Assembly: GCF_001194135.2 (NCBI RefSeq)
Contig: NC_068995.1
Location: forward strand, 38,114,710 to 38,150,040
Source: Octopus bimaculoides
Lineage: Eukaryota
DNA length: 35,331 nucleotides
Direction of reading: 5' to 3'
The notes below the pieces were generated by a model that worked only from the letters and a program-made list of their open reading frames with translations, had not been told where the DNA came from and did not search any database. This document shows, in pieces, positions 1-10,814 of the stretch. Positions within the stretch are counted from its first letter, which is position 1, and the number at the start of each line of letters is the position of its first letter. A program made the position numbers and the translations under genes.

Positions 1-55
1 TACTACACTTTATCGTGCAGTTACTGTTAATACTTCATTTAGAGAATTAACATTG

Positions 56-57
<2 letters not shown>

Positions 58-94
<37 letters not shown>

Positions 95-100
95 GCGTGT
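58..100. repeat. (TA)n/(TG)n microsatellite
   Basis: Direct dinucleotide run. Confidence 0.95.
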
Positions 101-104
101 GTAT

Positions 105-316
105 GTTTGTGTGTATTTGTTTGCCCCCTCCCCACATCGCTTGACAACCGATGCTGGTGTATTTAGGTCTCCATAACTTAGCGGTTCAGCAAAAGAGACC
201 GATAGAATCAGTACTAGACTTACGAAGAATAAGTCGATTTGCACGACTAAAGCCACTGCTCCAGCATGGCCACAGTCAAATGACTGAAACAAGTAAAAGA
301 CTAAAAGAGTATACTC
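105..316 (+). mobile_element. 3' part of tRNA-derived SINE family A
   Basis: Near-identical to 3040-3205 (catcgcttgacaaccgatgctggtgt...gcaaaagagaccgatagaat...cagtcaaatgactg) and ends in aaagactaaaagagtata short repeats. Confidence 0.85.
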
Positions 317-537
317 GTGTGTTTATATGTGTGTCTGCGTGTGCGTATTGCATATCAAACCCGATCTGTTGTGCTTAACTTGTTTATTCGCATAATTTTC
401 CTGCATGTCTGTTCTATCTATATTTATGTGTGTAGTACAAAGTCCTTTTCTTCTACTGCTTGTCATATTTAAAATGGCAAAGACCTTTTGATTATGATAT
501 TTCAAATTTATTTCCTGATGAATCTGTTTATACTTAC

Positions 538-601
538 CTTCCAATTCGCTGGTTACTTTTGTACCAGCATAATGATTTTATGGATGTTATTTGAATGTTG
601 G
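538..601 (-). CDS. Candidate exon of an unrecognised host gene
   Basis: Minus strand ttttacag acceptor and AAG|gtaagt donor; one open frame NIQITSIKSLCWYKSNQRIG; no recognisable domain. Confidence 0.3.
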
Positions 602-1147
602 CTGTAAAAGCATGTATAGAATTTAAGAATGGAATATTGAGATGTCAGTGAAGATTTTTGCGTTTTTATTCATCAAAGTATTTTGATATGAGCATTTTTA
701 TCCAATTTATCATTATGCAAGCGTATTCCTATTGCAGATATAGCATTGAAGCATAATATATTGAAGTTTGTGCAATAAATTTCTTGGATATTGAAAGTTT
801 ATTATTCAGACTCCTACATCTTTCAGAAAATATTGAAAATAATTCTTATTGAAGTCTTAATGCATAGTATGACATTCATCACTGAAAGCAAAATGAAAAG
901 AAAATTGAAAACTGGAACAGAAAACACTGGCGGTGTTTGTGTAATAACAAAGTAAAAAGAAACAACGATATAAACCCACCAAAAGAACTAAAGTATAACC
1001 CAGCAAACTAAGTACAGTATACACCAAAAACAATTAAATTATTAAAAAAATGTGCGTCTACTTTCAAGAGGCGGGATACCGTAAACCTATTTTTTTTCCT
1101 GTCAGACTTGGAAAAAGAGTTTTGCGTGTATTTGCCTACAGAAATGT

Positions 1148-1256
<109 letters not shown>

Positions 1257-1284
1257 GTACATATGCACACACATATTATCTTTT

Positions 1285-1480
1285 ATTTTTACTTGTTTCA
1301 ATCATGACACTGCGGCCACACTGGGGCAAGCCTAGAATGGGATTTAGTCGAAAGAATCTACCCCAGTAATACATTTTGCCATCTTGGTGCATATTCCCTG
1401 AATCATTTTTGTGCAATTTAAGTCGATGTGGTGAAAGGAACACCAGTTGTCAACAAGCGACAGACAACAAATACAGGTAA
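1285..1480 (-). mobile_element. Decayed SINE 3' tail related to family A
   Basis: ttacttgtttcaatcatgacactgcggccacactgg...tttagtcga matches the reverse complement of the tail at 240-300 and the 3350-3420 copy. Confidence 0.65.
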
Positions 1481-1664
1481 GGATTACCCACACACATGTC
1501 GGGCTAGTGTGTGTTCTTCGGTTGTGAGGCTCTTCTTTCCGGAGGTCGGAGTTGCAGTTCTGGGTGAATGAAAGACCGAGACCGACTGGGTGCCTGGCAT
1601 CTAGAATGTCATCAGGCGCTCATAGCCCTCTACCAGTCGGGCAATGGGATCGTTGGATGTTTCG

Positions 1665-2115
1665 CTTTAGAAATTTATATAGGATTAGTGGGGGGGGGCA
1701 ATTTTCTGCGAGTGCTCCACCCTTACTGCAGCCCCTATTTGTTCCATGTATTTTCCAAGATTTCTACTCACTGTTCCCAGGGCACCGACATTTATTGTTA
1801 CTACTACCAAATTTTTCATCGACTTCGCAAGCTAACTTACCAGGCTAACCTGTTATATCTTTCAATTTTTCTTTCTTCCTTATCGCATACTTTGTTGTCA
1901 GATGGGCATGCTATATCTATGATCCAGCATCGTTTGCTTTCTTTCGCAATTAACACTTTGTCTGGTTTACTATTCTCTATCTCATGGTCGTACTGAATCA
2001 TAAAATCCCATAGGACCTTTTCATTATCATTTTCCATAATGCGTACGGGTTTATGTTCGTAACACTCATTTGCTCTGTCAAGTCCATACTTGTTACAAAG
2101 TGTCTAATGGACAAT
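1665..2115 (-). mobile_element. Non-LTR retrotransposon C-terminal REL endonuclease fragment (R4/Dong-like), pseudogenised
   Basis: Translation IVH*TLCNKYGLDRANECYEHKPVRIMENDNEKVLWDFMIQYDHEIENSKPDKVLIAKESKRCWIIDIACPSD...ERKIERY, then after a frameshift VGALGTVSRNLGKYMEQIG; fits the LWDF...RPD...IIDIAVP...EKIEKY...VGALG pattern of REL elements. Confidence 0.85.
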
Positions 2116-2139
2116 CCTCTATACATATGTACATTTATG

Positions 2140-2550
2140 CATATTCATGTCTGCGGCGAGTGTGAATATTTTGCCTGTACGAGTGTGTATATATGTATAT
2201 GAATATGTTTGTGTATGAGTATATTTATTTGTATACATGTCTAGTATACGTGTATGCATATATCTATGTGAAGATGAAGTTGCGTATACATATATACACG
2301 TGTGTGTGTATATTTTACAGATATATGCATATGCGTGTACATGTAAGTTCGTGTGTGTGTTTAAGCACATATATGTATATTCATATATGCGGTGAGTGTG
2401 GACATATGCCTGTACGAGCGTGCATATATGTATATGTTTACGTCTGTGTATGAGTATTTATATTTGTATAAAAGTGTAGGCATATATCTTTGTGAGGATG
2501 AAGTTGCGTATACATATATACGTATGTGTGTGTGTGTATATTTATACATA
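2140..2550. repeat. Diverged tandem dimer of a ~225-235 bp TA/TG-rich unit
   Basis: gcctgtacgag at 2173 and 2408; gatgaagttgcgtatacatatatac at 2273 and 2497. Confidence 0.85.
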
Positions 2551-2552
2551 TA

Positions 2553-2760
2553 CTAGCAGTATAACCCAACCTTGTCCGGGTGTGACTTATTACGCCTTCT
2601 ACGATAAGTCTTGCTAGGTGAAAATCAAATAAAAAAGAAAGCCTTACAACGGAAAACCCTTATGATGTAAATATATTCATAATTCAAAAGACGATGAAAT
2701 TAATAGGGAAAGTCTGAAGGCGTAACATTATTAAGCGTACGTAAATTTCATCCGTCTAAT
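2553..2760 (-). mobile_element. Helitron 3'-terminal fragment
   Basis: Minus strand cccggacaaggttggg imperfect hairpin, then ttatactgCTAG followed by T; same architecture as the end at 28154; right boundary uncertain. Confidence 0.55.
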
Positions 2761-2762
2761 GT

Positions 2763-2806
2763 GTACTTAGATGGGTGACCACTTGGGAAACCTAGGTGCT
2801 GTAAGC
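2763..2806 (+). pseudogene. 5S rRNA-like 3' fragment (box C region)
   Basis: gtacttagatgggtgaccacttgggaaacctaggtgctgtaagc aligns without gaps to the 3' third of metazoan 5S (35/44 by hand against the human sequence as I recall it); 5' part absent. Confidence 0.7.
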
Positions 2807-2819
2807 GTCCCATACTCAT

Positions 2820-3205
2820 AGGTGCAGGAGTGGCTTTGTGGTGAGTAGCTCGTTTACCAACCACATGGTTCAAGGTTCAGTCCCACTGCGTGACACCTTG
2901 GCTATGTCTCTTCTACTATAAACTCGGGCCGACCAAAGCCTTCTGAGTGGATTTGGTAGACGGAAACTGAAAGAAGCCTGTCGTATATATGTATATGTAT
3001 ATATATGTTTGTGTATGTGTTTGTGTGTCTTTGTTTGTCCCTCCAACATCGCTTGACAACCGATGCTGGTGTGTTTACGTCTCCGTAACTTAGCGGTTCG
3101 GCAAAAGAGACCGATAGAATAAGTACTAAGCTTACAAAGAGTACGTCCTGGGGTCGATTTGCTCGACTAAAGGCGGTGCTTCAGCATGGCAGCAGTCAAA
3201 TGACT
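2820..3205 (+). mobile_element. tRNA-derived SINE family A, near full length, runs into gap
   Basis: Head ggtgcaggagtggctttgtgg (A-box-like) and ggttcagtccc (B-box-like), central ...gggccgaccaaagcc...gacggaaactgaaagaagcc, internal TA/TG spacer, 3' tail. Confidence 0.9.
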
Positions 3206-3349
3206 NNNNNNNNNNNNNNNNNNNNNNNNNNNNNNNNNNNNNNNNNNNNNNNNNNNNNNNNNNNNNNNNNNNNNNNNNNNNNNNNNNNNNNNNNNNNNNN
3301 NNNNNNNNNNNNNNNNNNNNNNNNNNNNNNNNNNNNNNNNNNNNNNNNA
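3206..3349. other. Assembly gap (N run)
   Basis: Run of N; others at 4205-4585, 5536-5807, 16014-16027, 28247-28346, 30697-31146, 31972-32287, 33248-33257 and 33561-33660. Confidence 1.
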
Positions 3350-3739
3350 TATACTCTTTTACTCTTTTACTGCGGCCATGCTGGAGCACCGCCTTTAGTC
3401 GAGCAACTCGACCCCAGGACTTATTCTTTGTAAGCCTAGTACTTATTTTATCGGTCTCTTTTTGCCGAACCGCCAAGTTACGGGGACGCAAACACACCAG
3501 TATCGGTCGTCAAGCGAAGCTGGGGGGACAAACACAGACACACAAACATATACACACACATATATATATATATACATATATACGACGGGCGTCTTTCAGT
3601 TTCCGTCTACCAAATCCACTCACAAGGCTTTGGTCGGCCCGAGGCTATAGTAGAAGACACTTGCCCAAGGTGCCACTCAGTGGGACTGAACCCAGAACCA
3701 TGTGGCTGGTAAGCAAGCTACTTACCACACTTCCACTCA
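3350..3739 (-). mobile_element. tRNA-derived SINE family A, near full length
   Basis: Reverse complement aligns end to end with 2820-3205 with scattered substitutions. Confidence 0.9.
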
Positions 3740-4169
3740 TATATATAATATTCTCTTTGACAAGATAGGAGAGAGAAACAGATAGGATACGTGCCAGTTG
3801 CTAAGGAGATTAAACACTTCTATTACATTGAATGTGCCATATGTATTATTAAATATATGTTGAATGAATAGTGTATGATAAATAAAATCTAAAATTATAA
3901 GTATGAATATATATGTATATGTGTGGATATATATGTATAAGTGTATGTGCTTATATAAGTGTATCTATGTTCGTGTGAATATGTGTGTAGAAATATTCCG
4001 AAGTCGTCTGGCTGCCGTGGTTGAAGCTTATGGCTATTTTATTGAATACATTTACTCTTTAGTATTTCCAGAAAGTGTTTTGTAATTAGGTAAATATATC
4101 TATTAAAATTAGATGTTAGTGTTATTTTCACTTTTGCGTAATTTAGACGAAAGTATAACGCCCTATCCC

Positions 4170-4585
4170 AGTATATATATGTATATATATATATATATAT
4201 ATATNNNNNNNNNNNNNNNNNNNNNNNNNNNNNNNNNNNNNNNNNNNNNNNNNNNNNNNNNNNNNNNNNNNNNNNNNNNNNNNNNNNNNNNNNNNNNNNN
4301 NNNNNNNNNNNNNNNNNNNNNNNNNNNNNNNNNNNNNNNNNNNNNNNNNNNNNNNNNNNNNNNNNNNNNNNNNNNNNNNNNNNNNNNNNNNNNNNNNNNN
4401 NNNNNNNNNNNNNNNNNNNNNNNNNNNNNNNNNNNNNNNNNNNNNNNNNNNNNNNNNNNNNNNNNNNNNNNNNNNNNNNNNNNNNNNNNNNNNNNNNNNN
4501 NNNNNNNNNNNNNNNNNNNNNNNNNNNNNNNNNNNNNNNNNNNNNNNNNNNNNNNNNNNNNNNNNNNNNNNNNNNNNNNNNNNNN

Positions 4586-4643
<58 letters not shown>
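4170..4643. repeat. (TA)n and (CT)n microsatellites flanking a gap
   Basis: TA run before 4205, CT run 4586-4643. Confidence 0.95.
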
Positions 4644-4646
<3 letters not shown>

Positions 4647-6049
4647 AGTCATATAAGTTGATATATATTAGTTCGAGTGTGTCAATGTCAATATATGTTT
4701 GTACGTATGAGGGTATTTTTTTCATCATGTACGCGTGTGTGCATTATCATACTTATATTTTCGTGTATCTGCTTCCTTTCTGTGTTGTTATGCGTATACA
4801 AATTCCCGTTCAATCTGCTAGTAAGTATATTTGATATGTGGTCTGTCTCTGAATACAATTCTTGTAAATTGAAATATATTTTGCGGTCTTGTTAACGCTA
4901 TATAGAAGTTTACTGTTGTTGAATACTTCTTGGTTTTACTCCACCGACCATTCCTCCATGATTTCTATGACATCTTTAAATCTCCTGCCGTTTTATTCCT
5001 CACTTACAGCTCTTTATAATTCCTCTGATTATAACTTTAATTATATCATTTGCTTATATTTTTATATACTTCCTATATTATTTATTTTAGCTTACCTAAC
5101 GAATCTAATTTTGTCCAATTTCGGTTTTCCATTCATTGTATATATAGAGAGGAACTTTGTGTATATTAAGATTAGAATTGTTAGTTGTACCATGTTGGTC
5201 GGTTGATCTTAACCCAAACATGTACGCATAAATTCTTCCATGCTGAAACTAATACTACAACAACTAATTTTCGGGAAAACCGAATTCTATAAAAGTGATC
5301 ATTTTAAATAAATATGTATTCTCGGTACATACCTCCTGATTTTATGGTTGTATATACTTCTCTTTCAATAATTTCAACCATCGAATTTTCTATACTTCCA
5401 TTTACTCGGACACTACATCAACACTGGTGTGTAACTGCTTACTATGTGGACTAGTAACCGATTCCGTGAGCGGTGCATTATGTGACAGCCACGCAATTTT
5501 CTGAATCTACATCGTATACAGCTTATATATATATANNNNNNNNNNNNNNNNNNNNNNNNNNNNNNNNNNNNNNNNNNNNNNNNNNNNNNNNNNNNNNNNN
5601 NNNNNNNNNNNNNNNNNNNNNNNNNNNNNNNNNNNNNNNNNNNNNNNNNNNNNNNNNNNNNNNNNNNNNNNNNNNNNNNNNNNNNNNNNNNNNNNNNNNN
5701 NNNNNNNNNNNNNNNNNNNNNNNNNNNNNNNNNNNNNNNNNNNNNNNNNNNNNNNNNNNNNNNNNNNNNNNNNNNNNNNNNNNNNNNNNNNNNNNNNNNN
5801 NNNNNNNATATATATATATATATATATATATACATAGATATATGCATATATTCATGCATTCATACACACATATAAAGACAAACATATCTAGCGGTCATGT
5901 TTGTGCAGCTAATAATAATATGGTACAATCGAAACTTTCCTTCACAGTTTACATCTTTAGGGGTAAATTTATCCCTTATTAGATAGCATCGTCATAGACA
6001 TCTAGGAGAGATATGACGCACTTATCACAGGCCTTAGTCGAGGGTACTA

Positions 6050-6930
6050 TTTCTGTCAATATTTCTGGCATTCATAGCTTGCGGAGACGTATCAATGCAT
6101 AACATTCAAATGTTACAATTTTCTTCCCAATCTCAAACTAAATAGATCCGTCCAGTTACTAATGGTCATATGGAACATTTGCAAATTCAGAGTACTTGTT
6201 CAAGTGGTGTATGCTTGATCTCATGAGGTCATTGTCTTCACTGTTGAATATATAATACTACCAGCCATTATTAGTATCTTCGTAGTACTGACGCCCATGT
6301 AGTGGATTTTGTGAAATGTTTCTAATAACCCGAATATCGGTTCCAGCACTGCCACTGCGAAAACATTGCGTGATATAGTTTTATAGAATGGTGACTTTTT
6401 TTACTTCAAACCTTCTGAAGTCTCCTAATGTCATTCTGGTTCCAACATAGATAATATCCAGCGGCATTCCGAGGTAATTTTCATATTTACCATTGGTAAT
6501 AGTGGAGATAGACAGACCATTGATATCCATATCAATTCTATGGCCGAAAATTTATTCTCGTTTGACAATTATTCTAACCAAACCCTATTCGTATGACTTA
6601 TGAAAATGTTTTAACATGTTCAAACTACTTTTTGCTGTCATGAATAATATTCAGGAACAACTTCAAGTTCTCAACATTAAAGATGCGGGTAAAATTAATC
6701 TCTCTTTCATCTGCAGCTCCTAATATGCTTCCTTTGTATTTCTTCAACAACCTGACAAGTGGTTTGCTGCTAGCACAAAATGTTGATAAGCTCCAACAAT
6801 GAAATATTCTTATTGATAGCTTAATTCTGTTAGGGGTATTAGTAGTAATTTCAGTATTTAACGATAGTTCTATAGACAATTTTGTTGTCAGCCTATCAAT
6901 AATATGCCTTGCTGCTGTGAATTGTATATA
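6050..6930 (-). mobile_element. Highly decayed non-LTR RT fossil (R4/Dong-like)
   Basis: IKLSIRIFHCWSLSTFCASSKPLVRLLKK resembles IKRGIFQGDSLSPLLFCLALNPLSRLL; RIFNVENLKLF resembles HLLYMDDLKLY; FEHVKTFS*VIRIGFG*NNC resembles VKIFSDDIGMEFGLDKC; KYENYLG resembles YKYLG; NVFAVAVLEPIFGLLE resembles NTFAVPVLTYTFGILE; motifs are in the expected order. Confidence 0.6.
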
Positions 6931-7617
6931 CAAGGGACATTTAATTAAAATGAAATAAGAATTTTAAAGCGTGTAGTATGTTTTGATTAACGCCGCTTGT
7001 AGGACATTAAGAATAAAGAAATTTTCAGTTATGTTATTACCATCCACCTAAGACATATTTTACCTAATATTTACTCTATATAACTGTGCGCAATTTTTCT
7101 CCTAAGTCGAGGCAGAAAATTCATTTGTAATGAAAACTAAGTATTCGGTTTGTCCACTCACAATAATCTGAATCTTGAAAATTCTTTTGTAAACATATTG
7201 TGTATAATATGAGAACGTATAGCCACGTGAAAAGCTGTAGTGTGTCAGGCTAAACGGATGTGAACGTGTTCAGTTGCGGTTAATCGGATTGCAAAAGCTA
7301 TTAATATGGAATCTCAGATAATTGTAGATTGAAACAGTTACCTTGCAAAGCATTCACACTAGATTGAAATTTTCAGCAGTGTCTTTCAGTTCACGAAGAA
7401 AATGCCAAAGCAGGGTAACTGCATTTTAATCCGTCTGGCGATATTATAAACAACAATCTTAACATCCACAAGTAGAAGATTTTAAGCCGCACTCACATGA
7501 CAAGTTAAAGATAGAAAACGACAGAAAACATGATTTGTTTTTATAAATACCTCACAAATGTTTGATTAACTTCTCTAATCCCTATTACCAAGTATGGGTT
7601 TCATCATTTCAAGTTAC

Positions 7618-7677
7618 CTATTAATGGGGTAACCTTTTCGAAGATTAAGTATATTATGTTTGTTGATTCCTCATTAA
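7618..7677 (-). CDS. Candidate exon of an unrecognised host gene
   Basis: atgtgtcag acceptor, TAG|gtaact donor; open frame NEESTNIIYLIFEKVTPLI, phase 1 to 1. Confidence 0.25.
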
Positions 7678-8343
7678 CTGACACATATATGTAGAACGTT
7701 CTGAGTACAGAAGCCAACATTTTTCAATGTTTCACCTATCATAATAACAGAAAACTACAGAAGATAAAAGTTTTCAATGTTTGGATATAGTAATTCATTG
7801 AGATATATGCGTCTATAATAACATCGTTGTAAGATGATTTTATTTTTTAAACGTTTATGGTTGGCGTGACAACAAAATATTTCAAATTCAGTCCGCTTCG
7901 GAGAAGATTTGTCTTCCTACCTCCAAACTGTTTTATCAGAGGCGCTCTTACAAAAATACATATTGCGCTGCTGGCCAGTGAAAAGTTTTAACTCATTAAT
8001 TTTATGAATCAGCATGTCGGATTGTATTGTTGTAAACATAATTTCAATCCTAGCCTAAAGCTATAAGCCTCTGTTGATAGAATTTTATGTAAATGCTACG
8101 AATAAAATACAAGAATATCATTCACCATGTGTTATCAATCGACATTTTCTTGAGGGTATGAATTTTAACATACATTTTTTTTCTTAATTCCCTTTTGTGT
8201 TATTACGTATAATTAAATATCAGTATTTTTTTCTTGTTATTTAATGTGTGTAATGCTCGATATTTTATCACAGTGTGTGTACATTTAATACAATTTGCAT
8301 CCATGATACAATTCCAATTATTAGAGATTAAGTATATACACAC

Positions 8344-8447
8344 CTGCCAGGGAGAACATTGGACATAAGTCCTTAGTAATTGGAGGTAATGACACAGTTT
8401 CAGTCCCTATATCAATTCGTTCTTGGGGACAAATAATGGTTGTATTG
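8344..8447 (-). CDS. Candidate exon of an unrecognised host gene
   Basis: attttag acceptor, CAG|gtgtgt donor; single open frame NTTIICPQERIDIGTETVSLPPITKDLCPMFSLA, phase 2 to 1. Confidence 0.3.
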
Positions 8448-8787
8448 CTAAAATCTCATTCTGCCGCCATTTAGCTGCAGTTGCAAACGCAGTGTTTGGG
8501 ATCGTAGGTAATTTCCTTTTATGATTGATTCGGAATGTTCAATACCGTATGAGTGAAAATTAATGGGGAGGACCTGTTAAAATGATCGAGTATATTTGTG
8601 AAATAGATGACTGTGTATATCTATGTATATGAGTATGCATGTATATGTAGAACGTAGACGGTATACTTCAGATTAGAATGCAATCATCAGTGAGAAACAA
8701 AAAAACAATAATAAAGAGAAATAAATAAATGGAAAGAAATATAGTTGACACCTAAGACATTTACAATATGCTTTATTATATGCTTGA

Positions 8788-8980
8788 AAGGCGGCAAACT
8801 CCCAGAATCGATAACATTACTTCCGTCTTTATGTTCTGAGATCAAATTTCTGCCGAGGTGGACATGGCCGTTCATCATTTCGGGACCGATAAAATGAGTA
8901 CCAGTGGAGCACTGGTGTTGATGTAAACGATCTAAGCCATTTTCAAAGATTGCTGGTCTTATGTCCAAATTTGAAACCAA
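8788..8980 (+). mobile_element. SINE family B, decayed (central segment resembles the Nin/Deu domain)
   Basis: aaggcggc head; ttctgagatcaaatttctgccgagg; tcatcatttcgggaccgataaaatgagtaccag resembles the Nin-domain core as I recall it. Confidence 0.7.
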
Positions 8981-9229
8981 TGCACATCATTCACTGCCTG
9001 GAAAATATAAGAGTCAATCTCAACGTCACTATTATTATACATATAATATAAATATAATAAAATATTGAGTTTTGTAAATGGTAAAAAAAAAACTTTAAAA
9101 TTTGTATATTTATCGCTTCCTAACATCGCACAAACGGAATAAACTCCTGTCAAGTTAAATATAGTACTCAGTTTATAGACTGTTATAGACTGTGACATCA
9201 CATTAAAGTAAGTTGTAGTGAAAGAGTAC

Positions 9230-9930
9230 ACAAATACACAGATACATGTACGCGCACACACACACACACACACACATGTATGTATATCTATATATAAGCA
9301 TGCTCACACACACATGTACATATACATACAAACACACATATATACATATATATGTCTACGCATACACGCACATACACACACATATATACCCATGCACGCA
9401 TCACTACGCTCATATATACATCTATACACGCACACACACACATACGCGGATGTACAGAATCCAGTTTATACGCACATGCAGATACATAAGCGGAAAATTT
9501 ATAAACAAATAAAAACACATACGCAATAAATGCATATATCATTATGTTCATATAAACACCTCTATACGCGCATACGCATACATACGCAGATATACAAAAC
9601 TTAGTCTGTACGCACATGCACATACATTCGGGGATAGACGTATATATAAATAAAAACATATACGCAAAAAGCATAAACCGTCAAACATTAACATTCACCG
9701 CAAAACTTGAATATACAAATGAGTTATATATGTATATACACAAATACACCCTCCTGTCTGTCTAACACATGTACACCTGCAGATATATAAACTTATATGC
9801 ATACATATATGCATGAAGGAAGGAGACAACTACAACTGGTTAGAGTCTTGCACTCGTATATATACAATCATTCGTACACATGCATATATGCACGCACATT
9901 TACATTAAGTATATACTATACGCGCATAAG
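9230..9930. repeat. CA/TA low-complexity tract with an internal ~140-bp duplication
   Basis: tacgcacatgca...aaataaaaaca(c/t)atacgcaa occurs at ~9469 and ~9609. Confidence 0.8.
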
Positions 9931-10117
9931 TCACACAGTTATAAAGGGAGAAATATAATATACAGAAAAAATATATTAAGTAATACAATATATATAAATA
10001 TATAAGAGATGTTACGACATATGAAAGGCTTGTACGTGGACGTAATATAAAAAGCAGGGTCTATCTGTGATAGCGCAAGAGAACAAAAGATCAGATTGTC
10101 AGTAGTTTCTACTGTCT

Positions 10118-10234
10118 TACGGCCGTTTCTGAGAAGAAGCAACGAAATCCTATGTTTCATCTCCATCTTCTCACTGTTATGCAGGGATGGACAGATAAAG
10201 TTTGAATGATGAATGTGCCTCCAGGAATCTTCAG
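10118..10234 (-). ncRNA. Minimal hammerhead ribozyme-like motif (Penelope type), probably inactive
   Basis: Minus strand CTGAAGA (10234-10228), stem II gaggca/tgcttc, GAAACGGCCGTA (10129-10118); stem I only 1 bp. Confidence 0.5.
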
Positions 10235-10404
10235 ACGGTCTAAGTGGTTCTCTTTCCTATACCTGAATAATTTTAATAAGTTGTGCTTCACTAACATCCT
10301 CATGTTAGCACTTACTCTTTTTTGTCCTTTTAAAAAGAGAAACACACTGTACCTATAGCTAACTGTTTCTGATATGTATTAACCCTCACAACTACTTATA
10401 CCAG

Positions 10405-10518
10405 CTGAAGAAGACTAGAGGAACATTCATCCTCCAAACTTTATCTGCCTATCTCTGCCGAACACTGAGATGGAGATGGCATGGAGGATTTCATTTCCTC
10501 TTGGAAGAAACGGCCGTT
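10405..10518 (+). ncRNA. Minimal hammerhead ribozyme-like motif (Penelope type), probably inactive
   Basis: CTGAAGA 10405-10411; nested helices agaggaa/ttcctct, atcctcca/tggaggat, tgcc(t)atctc/gagatggca; GAAACGGCCGTT 10507-10518; stem I not formed. Confidence 0.5.
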
Positions 10519-10814
10519 AAGAGCTAGAACCTTGTGAGAATCTGATCTTTTGCTCTTTTGTTCTTTTCTGTAATGTTAGTACATATGCATGTAACATAGA
10601 GTTATTACATGTGTATGTATTCTTGTAATAATGTTTTGTACATAATTATAGGGTTAATGTTTTTTTGTATTTTTTCCACACATATTTTTCTGTTTTCTCC
10701 CCTCCACCCTGTTTTTTCCTGTACGGCTATAGGCACATACACAGAACCTTATATGTGCGCGTTTGTGCGTGTGCGCGTTTATGCGTGTGCGCGTGTGTAT
10801 ATATGTATGGCTCT

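Larger units (their letters stand above)
10076..10557. repeat. Imperfect inverted repeat, arms ~10076-10235 and ~10404-10557, spacer ~170 bp
   Basis: Reverse complement of the right arm aligns with the left (caaaagatcagatt...cggccgtttct...gaaatcct...catctccatct...cagataaagttt...gatgaatgt...cttcag). Confidence 0.9.

Noticed and set aside
4795-4822. Plus-strand Helitron end (ctgctagt)
   Set aside because: No convincing upstream hairpin.
5096-5500. Minus-strand exons ending at donors 5095 and 5332
   Set aside because: With the best acceptors all three frames contain stops; open versions need poor splice sites.
6625-6933. 102-aa ORF as a host terminal exon (ttcacag acceptor)
   Set aside because: It reads as decayed RT motifs that continue past the stop; better explained as a retrotransposon fossil.
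7342-7420. Minus-strand exon with AAG|gtaact donor
   Set aside because: All frames closed.
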